Shown here piece by piece: positions 57,292-64,000 of a stretch of 64,000 nucleotides of DNA. The notes beneath the pieces are model-generated. The model was given only the letters and a program-made list of their open reading frames with translations. It searched no databases and was not told the DNA's origin. Source of the DNA: Nitrospinaceae bacterium. Its GTDB lineage: Bacteria; Nitrospinota; Nitrospinia; Nitrospinales; Nitrospinaceae. The DNA is taken from assembly GCA_965223665.1 (NCBI GenBank), contig OZ245011.1, positions 1,504,001-1,568,000 on the forward strand, in the 5' to 3' direction. A program made the translations under genes and the position numbers. Position 1 is the first letter of the stretch. Every line of letters begins with the position of its first letter.

Positions 57292-58575
57292 ATGAAATCC
57301 ACCTTCGTTATTCGCTCAAATATTTCAGCCATTCTGATTGCAGTCATTGTCGGGATTTTAATTCCTTCCATTTCAACTCAAGCGTCCCCTGAAAAACTGG
57401 TAACCAAGATTAATAATATAGCCTTACTGAAGGCTGCATTTAGGGGCGACGAGGCAAACGTAAAAACTCTGCTGGCAAGGGGCGCCAATGTAAATTTTCA
57501 AAAAAAAGATGATGGGGTGACTGCTTTAATTGTGGCGTCCGAGAAGGGACATTTGTCTGTTGTAAAAAGACTGTTGGCTAATGGAGCCGATGTCAACCTT
57601 CCTGCTTATAATGGGTTTTCAGCGTTGACTCAGGCAAGTTTTAAAGGCCACGAATCTGTAGTACTAGAACTTTTAGAGAAAGGAGCGAAGGTCAATCAAC
57701 AGGCAGACAATGGTGCGACCTCCTTGATTCTGGCATCCGAGAAAGGACATTTTTCCGCTGTAAAGGCCCTGCTTAATCAAGGGGCAAAAGTGGACCTTCA
57801 AGCTAATGATGGAGCAACTGCATTATATGTCGCTTCTCAAAATGGCTATGAACTAATAGCGAAGAAATTACTCGAAAAGAACGCTGATATCAATATCCCA
57901 ATCAAAAACGGAGGAATCCCTTTAATAGTAGCATCACTTTATGGCCATGAGCCAGTAGTGAAGTTGCTCCTGGAGAATAACGCCAAAGTAAATCATCAAG
58001 CTCAAAACGGCGAAACCGCGATATTTTTTGCATCTGAAAATGGACACGCTCAAATAGTGAAGGAATTGATTGCATACGGAGCAGACGTTGATCTAAAAAG
58101 GAAAGATGGAGGGACGGCGTTGATTTGGGCATCATTGAATGGGCACGATGTTGTAGTGAATACATTACTGGAAAATGGTGCCGAAGTTGATCTAACAGAT
58201 GAAGATGGTTCAACGGCCCTTTTAGGGGCGTCGTTACCTGGGCATGAGGCGGTAGTTAAAGCGCTATTGGCAAAAGGTGCTAATGTTAATCATCAAGATA
58301 ATATTGGCGAAACTGCTTTGCTCTGGGCGTCGGGTAATGGACATGAGCCAGTGATAAAAGCCTTACTTAATAAGGGAGCAGATGTTAATCACCAGAACAA
58401 AAAGGGCCAAACCGCTTTAATGGAAGCATCGCGGAGAGGACAGGTGGTGACGGTGCAGACATTGTTAGCAGCGGGCGCCGACGTCAATGCCAAAAACTCT
58501 AACGGAGAATCCGCTCTCAGTTTGGCGAAAACTAAAGCTATCGCCCAACTGCTAAAGGCGACAGGAGCAAAGTGA
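57292..58575 (+). CDS. Secreted ankyrin-repeat protein
   Basis: About 11 GxTAL..AS..GH..VV..LL..GAxVN repeats; signal peptide. Confidence 0.95.
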   Translation: MKSTFVIRSNISAILIAVIVGILIPSISTQASPEKLVTKINNIALLKAAFRGDEANVKTLLARGANVNFQKKDDGVTALIVASEKGHLSVVKRLLANGADVNLPAYNGFSALTQASFKGHESVVLELLEKGAKVNQQADNGATSLILASEKGHFSAVKALLNQGAKVDLQANDGATALYVASQNGYELIAKKLLEKNADINIPIKNGGIPLIVASLYGHEPVVKLLLENNAKVNHQAQNGETAIFFASENGHAQIVKELIAYGADVDLKRKDGGTALIWASLNGHDVVVNTLLENGAEVDLTDEDGSTALLGASLPGHEAVVKALLAKGANVNHQDNIGETALLWASGNGHEPVIKALLNKGADVNHQNKKGQTALMEASRRGQVVTVQTLLAAGADVNAKNSNGESALSLAKTKAIAQLLKATGAK

Positions 58576-58647
58576 TTCTTTTCCGAAATCCAGGCGGTTT
58601 ATATTGCTGACAACAGAGAAGAATAAAGGTTAGTGAATGGAAAAAAT

Positions 58648-58699
58648 AATTTCCGCTTTTGGCTGGCAACCCATTTACTTTCGACCCAAAGTGGACATT
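58648..58699 (+). repeat. Repeat family A long form, right flank of ankyrin gene
   Basis: AATTTCCGCTTTTGGCTGGCAACCCATTTACTTTCGACCCAAAGTGGACATT. Confidence 0.85.
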
Positions 58700-58710
58700 C
58701 CACCTAAGTG

Positions 58711-58739
58711 TTGCCAGTTGCTCCCGGCTTACATATAAT
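58711..58739 (+). promoter_or_regulatory. Sigma70 promoter, probably leaderless transcript
   Basis: TTGCCA-N17-TATAAT; ATG begins 8 nt after the -10 box. Confidence 0.7.
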
Positions 58740-58746
58740 TGCTGAT

Positions 58747-59460
58747 ATGGATAAAAAATACCAGGAACGTCGAAAAGAATTCGAAGCAAAGTTTAAGCCT
58801 GACAATCTCAAACCAGATGGGCGCAAGGAGTTGGTATCACCATCGGGCAACTTTCAATTAACCATTGATACCTACTCCAGAGGCGCTGACAAATGGGATT
58901 ACTCTCGAGGTCGTGTTCGGCGCACTGGGGACGACACCGTGCTGGCAGATATTAAGCGAAACGATGGTCGTTTCTTCCATTCCTGGGTTCAGCATTCCAA
59001 TGGCCATGAATATTTGATTTGCGGTGAAGATTATCAGGGCCAAACGGTGGTAAACCTAAACACAGGTCAGAGAAACGACTTCTTTCCCGAATCCGGGTAT
59101 ACCGGTGGAGGATTCATCTGGACCGGTGCCTTGCCATCTCCGGATTCAACCTTACTTGCCGTCGATGGTTGTTACTGGGCTCATCCCTACGAAGTAGTAT
59201 TTTTTGACTTCACGGAACCTGACTCACTGCCTTACAAAGAACTTTTTCGAGTAAGCGATCTCGATGAATGCGAGGGTTGGATCGACAACAATACTTTTCG
59301 GATGACGCAGGAAATTTATTCTCGAAAAGCTGACAAGGTTCCCTATGATGAGCTGTCCGAGAAAGAACAGAAAGAAATAGACGACAATGAAAACCTTGCT
59401 CTCTACGAGTACCCAGAAGTTCTCGTCACTCGGGAGCAGATACTGCAAGGTAAGGACTGA
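58747..59460 (+). CDS. Hypothetical protein
   Basis: SPSG, YLICGEDYQGQTV, SPDSTLLAVDGCYWAHPY. Confidence 0.8.
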   Translation: MDKKYQERRKEFEAKFKPDNLKPDGRKELVSPSGNFQLTIDTYSRGADKWDYSRGRVRRTGDDTVLADIKRNDGRFFHSWVQHSNGHEYLICGEDYQGQTVVNLNTGQRNDFFPESGYTGGGFIWTGALPSPDSTLLAVDGCYWAHPYEVVFFDFTEPDSLPYKELFRVSDLDECEGWIDNNTFRMTQEIYSRKADKVPYDELSEKEQKEIDDNENLALYEYPEVLVTREQILQGKD

Positions 59461-59525
59461 CCACTCCCGGCCGGATAGCAGACCCCTTTGTTTTCAAGAC
59501 AAGAGAGACATTACAAAATTCGATT

Positions 59526-60449
59526 CTAGTTTGCCTTTGCAGTTAGTTTAAACAGCCGACCGTCCATGACGAGTAAGCCGAATCCGATTAAGGCCATTCC
59601 CACAAATTCAAGCTTCGTGAATGTTTCGCCTAAAAATGTCACTCCCAGTAGAATTGCTGAAATGGGAATCAGGAAAGTCACCAGCGTCGCGTTCGTCGCA
59701 CCGGCGGAAGCAATGATGCGGAAAAATAAAATAAAGGCGACCACCGTGCTCAAGATGGTCAGGCCCATCATCGCGCCAACGGCTGTTAAAGGTATCGCAG
59801 CCTGTTCCCAGGGACTATCCATCATTATCGCCAGGGGAAGTAAAATCAAAGTGGCCATGGTAACCTGCCCCGTCGCCACCATCAAAGGCGACACGCCCCA
59901 TTCTTTAAAACGGCGAGAGAATACAGAGGCAATCGCATAGGAAATCGAAGCCCCAATCACCGCCAACTGCCCGAGCACAGAACCGGTCATGCCGCTCAAC
60001 GCTTCAGGTCCGATTAAAACAATCGTCCCCAAAATTCCAAAAACGATACCAAATAGTTTTCGCCGCAGGATGGGCTCATCCACTAAAAAAGTTCCTGCGA
60101 CTATCACCGTAAAAAACGGGGTGGTTGCGTTAAAGATAGAAGCCAGGCCGGAGCTGATTTGTGTCTGCCCCCAAACAATCAGGCAAAACGGCAGGGCATT
60201 TCCCACCAAACCCAACACCGCCAAAGCCAACCAGTGCTCTTTGGTTTTGGGTATCGGCAGCTTTTGCACAAAGATGATCCCCCAAAGCATAAGGGACGCC
60301 AGCCCAACTCGGGTTGTGACAATGGTCAATGGAGGAAGATAGTCGACCAAAATTTCTATAAAGAAAAAGGAACCGCCCCATATAACGGATAGAGTGACCA
60401 ACATGCTGATGTCTGCCATACTCATATGCTGATTTATTTTTTCTGCCAT
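59526..60449 (-). CDS. DMT/EamA-family transporter
   Basis: IWGGSF, GNALPF, SGLASIFNATTP, LVTFLIP; about 10 TM. Confidence 0.93.
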   Translation of the reverse strand: MAEKINQHMSMADISMLVTLSVIWGGSFFFIEILVDYLPPLTIVTTRVGLASLMLWGIIFVQKLPIPKTKEHWLALAVLGLVGNALPFCLIVWGQTQISSGLASIFNATTPFFTVIVAGTFLVDEPILRRKLFGIVFGILGTIVLIGPEALSGMTGSVLGQLAVIGASISYAIASVFSRRFKEWGVSPLMVATGQVTMATLILLPLAIMMDSPWEQAAIPLTAVGAMMGLTILSTVVAFILFFRIIASAGATNATLVTFLIPISAILLGVTFLGETFTKLEFVGMALIGFGLLVMDGRLFKLTAKAN

Positions 60450-60459
60450 GTTTTATCGA

Positions 60460-60822
60460 TTAAAGCTCATGCTCTTCCACAATGAAGGCGGAAGATCGGG
60501 AGTGGTCGATGAATTTTTTTTCATCTTCCAAAAGTGCGGCGCTTAATTGTTGTCCCTCCGGTGAACTCATGGCTTCCAAAAGATCGGCTTCCGATTCAAA
60601 CCACACCTCGGCGACGCCATCAAATTCCGGCTGCATGCCTCGCGAGTTTCGAAGCCCTTCGTTTAACGGCGTGTCCAGGGTAAGCGATTGCACATACTTT
60701 TTAGCCCGCATCGCCGCCGCGTTTTTCATAAAGAAAGGACCGTGGCTGTTCACCCAGTAATCTTTAAACTGCTCGCGAGTCATATCTGACCGCCGGTGCA
60801 GACACATCACAAACTTGATCAT
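60460..60822 (-). CDS. EthD-domain protein
   Basis: RRSDMTREQF.DYW..SHGP, FDGVAEVWF, DEKKFID. Confidence 0.9.
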   Translation of the reverse strand: MIKFVMCLHRRSDMTREQFKDYWVNSHGPFFMKNAAAMRAKKYVQSLTLDTPLNEGLRNSRGMQPEFDGVAEVWFESEADLLEAMSSPEGQQLSAALLEDEKKFIDHSRSSAFIVEEHEL

Positions 60823-61020
60823 CTCAGTAATCTCCTTTACTCAGCGCCAACGTCGGTTCAGGTTAGGGGCACGTTCGGCAGGTGATTCGGTTGGCACAAA
60901 GACTGTTTAACATCGCCGAAACTCTGCAACATCTTCCCATGATTTTTGTAGAGATTCAATGACTGTTCAGGAGGGAAATAAAACTTCAGGCGGCCATAAA
61001 TAGGGACCACTCCTTCAGTT

Positions 61021-64000
61021 CTAGACTTTAATCAGGTTAATTTGGGTATTGGAAAAAGAAGAACTTCCTCCAATAGGATCGGTGAGGCAGGTCGCCGTGT
61101 TGTATGCATCCAGTCGCATGACGGCATTCGGGCAGGTTCCCAGTCCACGATCAGGGTCTCCAGGAATAGTTTCGTTATCAATCTTTACATCCCGTGCCCC
61201 ATAGGCCCAGTGGCCATAATGAAACGAAACCGCAATCACTCCCGGGCGTAAGCCTTCCACCACCTGTAACGAACTTTCTACAGGCAGGTCGGCTGCATAA
61301 GGCTCCAATGGCCAGGTCCCCTTCGGATTAGTCGCAGATACCAATTTGACTCGGTCTCCATTTTTCCAACCCCGTTGTTTCGCATCCTGGCTGTTGATCA
61401 GGACTTGATTTTCCGGATTCACGGACACATGACACCAGGATTGTGAGTTGGTTCTGGAGTTTCCGCCGGTAATCGATTTGTACGTGATTAATGAAAATGG
61501 AAATTGATCCTCCGGGTCCTGAACAAGGGAGCCGTCGCTATGCAACGCCGGTTCGTATCTCGGCAGACCTTCAAAGTGTTTTCCGGTGATACTGTTTTTA
61601 GTGGTTGCGATATCTTCCACATAAAAATTGAGAAGCTTGCCAAAGCGATGGTTCATGTAGTCCCCCTGATAAGCATCCTCGAAGGACTCAAACCGACCGC
61701 CCCGATTGAGAACGTAAACCATTTTATTCCATAAGTCAGGTTGTACCGCTGCCTTCCATTTCTCGGCATCGAAAACCGATGCAGGCAGATGTCTTCGGGC
61801 CTGGAGAAAAATATCAAGTTCTTCCGCATTCGCGTCGGGCACTGGAGTTCCCAGCATAGCGATATTGGCCACCAACTTTAAATAAAAATCTTCCGGTCGC
61901 GTCAGTTTAATATCGGGTCCAAATCCATTGCGGCCGAATCCCGGCATTCCCAGTTTATCGGCAATGGCCAGCATGATGGCTTCCATGGAAACCGGCATTT
62001 TCTCTCCCGCCACTTCGACTTCTTCGGAAAAAGGAGGCGCCGCGGGTTGCCGAATGCCGGAAGTTTTCACCGAAGGCTGCGGGTTGTCGAACGGCATTCC
62101 CCAGCGCTCGAAAAAACTGAGGTCGGGAAAAACATAATCGGCAAACACCGTCGTTTCACCCAGGATCACATCATCCGCCACCACCAGAGGAATGATGGAA
62201 GGATCTTTTAAAATCCGCAGAAACTCGCCGCCACCCGGGCTGGAATATGCGGGAGTTCCTTTATGAATCCACAGGCATTTCAACGGGTAGGGATATTTCG
62301 CCTCAGCAGACGGAATAATTTCGTGATACACATCATGAGTGAACGGATACCACGGCCGCTTCGCGGGATACCCATGTTCTTTAATAAGAGTGGAATCCTC
62401 GTAACGCACTCTTTCGCGAGTGATCGGCACGCCAAATTTGCTGAGACTTCCCGGGTTCATTCCCTTTTTCATATCGTAAGGTTGTTCCGCCTTACCTCCC
62501 ATGGCATTCCAATGACCACCGCCATCGGACATTCCCCCTTTCCAATCCTGGTTGCCTATCAGCAGGTTGAGAGAGAGGATCGCCTTTTCGGCGTTATAGC
62601 CGTTGGTCGTTTGCCCCGCACCTCGGTAGCGATCGATACCCGCTTTTTTTCCATGACTCGTAAATTCATCAGCGAGTTGGATGATGTCATTGACTTTTAT
62701 CCCTGCCAGTTGTGCATATTCCTCAAGGGATTTTTCCTGAGAGCTTTCACGTAAAATAGTGAACACACTTTTAACCGGGATTCCCTGGATCGACTGATCG
62801 ACTTCTAAAATTCCATGGTCCACCGCTTCACTGGATTGCGGCCCCTTCCCTGTCATCACCACACGCATTCCGGGTGACAGTCCAATATCTTCTGTACGTA
62901 AAAATTTGCGTGTGTCCAGTCGCACTAAATTTGTCGCATCACAATACGTTGGTTCTTGATCTTTTTGTGCCGCGGCCTGGTTCGCATTCTCAAGATACTT
63001 CCGGTCGTAGCGTTTATTTTCAATCATCCACCGCATCATTCCCAGTGCCAGAGCAATGTCCTGACCCGGTTTGACCGGAACCCATTTCCAGGATTTGGCT
63101 GCAGTGTGACTGAGGCGCGGATCGATAGTCGCGATCTTCAGTTGACCTTTCTCAATGGCCTCAGTCACCAGATTGGCAATGGCGGTGCATCCGAAATTTG
63201 CTTCAAAGGCACCCGTGCCCCAAAAAATCACGAACTCTGAATTGAGGAAGTCCGGTTTCAAAAGAACCTTTCCTTTTTTCTTAACCGGGTCCCAGGTCGT
63301 TCGCTCCGAGGCACTCCAGTGAGCGCGCCCGCAGATGGAAGTGTGATCCATCCAGTTAATCGAGCCGAACCCTTCATAGGTCCACCGCTGTGAAAAATCC
63401 GCCCGGCCTTTCTGAATGCGTCCTGCCATGAAACAGAATTGATTATTTTTAGGCCCAAGATCCGGATGTTTTGGGTCAATAAGAAGATCCAGATGATCCG
63501 CATGCTTTTTTTGGAATTGTTCAACGGTCAGGGTTCCCTTACGAATGGCTTTAACATCTTCAGTCAAAGCCCTTGCAGTTTCTTTATCCTTCATGACAAA
63601 AATTTCCTTGAGCCCTGTAACCGGCCCTTCCCCAAAAAGATCTCCTCCTTCCACGATTTCATGAATCGCCTGATCAAAGGAAATGGTTTGCCACTCATTA
63701 CTTCCTCTCGGTCCAACTCGCTTGAGAGTTTGCCGAATCCGGTAAGGATCATAATAGGTCTGCACTCCCGCTTGTCCCTTGGGACATAAATGTCCATCGA
63801 CTCTTGCAGATTCAACCGGCTTGGATTCAAAGGGAATGTTTGGCAGAAATGTTTTCGCGGCATAGGGATTGCCGTCGACTTTAACCAGCACCCCATCCTG
63901 AAACTTGGTTTTCATCGGACACCGAATATGACAATTCAGGCAAACTGAATAAATGACATTTTCCGGTTGTGCCAAATCATAGGGTTGAGGAGTTTGGGTA
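61021..64000 (-). CDS. Molybdopterin oxidoreductase catalytic subunit, tetrathionate reductase A (TtrA)/Arr-Arx-like; 5' end outside window
   Basis: [4Fe-4S] motif CLNCHIRC...CPKG, DPYRI, HTSIC, ADYVFPD.SF.ERWG, GHWAYG; frame stays open to the window edge. Confidence 0.88.
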   Translation of the reverse strand, partial: TQTPQPYDLAQPENVIYSVCLNCHIRCPMKTKFQDGVLVKVDGNPYAAKTFLPNIPFESKPVESARVDGHLCPKGQAGVQTYYDPYRIRQTLKRVGPRGSNEWQTISFDQAIHEIVEGGDLFGEGPVTGLKEIFVMKDKETARALTEDVKAIRKGTLTVEQFQKKHADHLDLLIDPKHPDLGPKNNQFCFMAGRIQKGRADFSQRWTYEGFGSINWMDHTSICGRAHWSASERTTWDPVKKKGKVLLKPDFLNSEFVIFWGTGAFEANFGCTAIANLVTEAIEKGQLKIATIDPRLSHTAAKSWKWVPVKPGQDIALALGMMRWMIENKRYDRKYLENANQAAAQKDQEPTYCDATNLVRLDTRKFLRTEDIGLSPGMRVVMTGKGPQSSEAVDHGILEVDQSIQGIPVKSVFTILRESSQEKSLEEYAQLAGIKVNDIIQLADEFTSHGKKAGIDRYRGAGQTTNGYNAEKAILSLNLLIGNQDWKGGMSDGGGHWNAMGGKAEQPYDMKKGMNPGSLSKFGVPITRERVRYEDSTLIKEHGYPAKRPWYPFTHDVYHEIIPSAEAKYPYPLKCLWIHKGTPAYSSPGGGEFLRILKDPSIIPLVVADDVILGETTVFADYVFPDLSFFERWGMPFDNPQPSVKTSGIRQPAAPPFSEEVEVAGEKMPVSMEAIMLAIADKLGMPGFGRNGFGPDIKLTRPEDFYLKLVANIAMLGTPVPDANAEELDIFLQARRHLPASVFDAEKWKAAVQPDLWNKMVYVLNRGGRFESFEDAYQGDYMNHRFGKLLNFYVEDIATTKNSITGKHFEGLPRYEPALHSDGSLVQDPEDQFPFSLITYKSITGGNSRTNSQSWCHVSVNPENQVLINSQDAKQRGWKNGDRVKLVSATNPKGTWPLEPYAADLPVESSLQVVEGLRPGVIAVSFHYGHWAYGARDVKIDNETIPGDPDRGLGTCPNAVMRLDAYNTATCLTDPIGGSSSFSNTQINLIKV

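Noticed and set aside
1-64000. CRISPR array or classical integron
   Set aside because: No regularly spaced identical repeats with unique spacers, no cas genes, no intI; family-A sites lack attC core motifs.
61021-64000. Nitrite oxidoreductase NxrA / NarG
   Set aside because: Four-Cys N-terminal cluster and HTSIC motif fit the TtrA/Arr branch, not the His-Cys3/Asp-ligand type II enzymes.

Overview
Bacterial chromosomal window with a few core-like metabolic genes embedded in a dense accessory region. A Nitrospina/Nitrospinota-like autotroph is my inference from gene content; it is not verified. Recognisable genes: a TonB receptor + BNR lipoprotein pair, monomeric isocitrate dehydrogenase (icd), a four-gene DAB/DAC-type inorganic-carbon transporter operon (dabB, NuoM-like, dabA, PII-like), an SLC13 permease, a CBS/M20 amidohydrolase/GNAT-cNMP/KefC-like cluster, yciH, a decayed tRNA-Thr(UGU), and a TtrA-like molybdopterin oxidoreductase whose start lies beyond the right edge. 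The most striking unannotated structure is intergenic. (1) About 15 same-orientation copies of an imperfect palindrome, consensus AATGTCCGCTT-[TTGGCCG / CGACCC]-AAAGCGGACATT, sit at the borders of one- or two-gene accessory modules, like attC sites in an integron array but with a different sequence and no recombinase in the window. (2) Many modules are bracketed by 50-500 bp direct repeats; where a gene is involved, the left copy is a decayed 'shadow' of the intact DNA to its right. Together these suggest a candidate repeat-directed gene-cassette acquisition system. Other highlights: a 1590-aa secreted protein with a C-terminal protein-kinase-like domain (toxin-like architecture), a chimeric mini-gene born by tandem duplication inside the dab operon, a MITE family with GAGACCTTTGCATAAC-like ends, and a candidate anti-SD sRNA upstream of icd. 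All calls are by-eye motif recognition; no searches were run.
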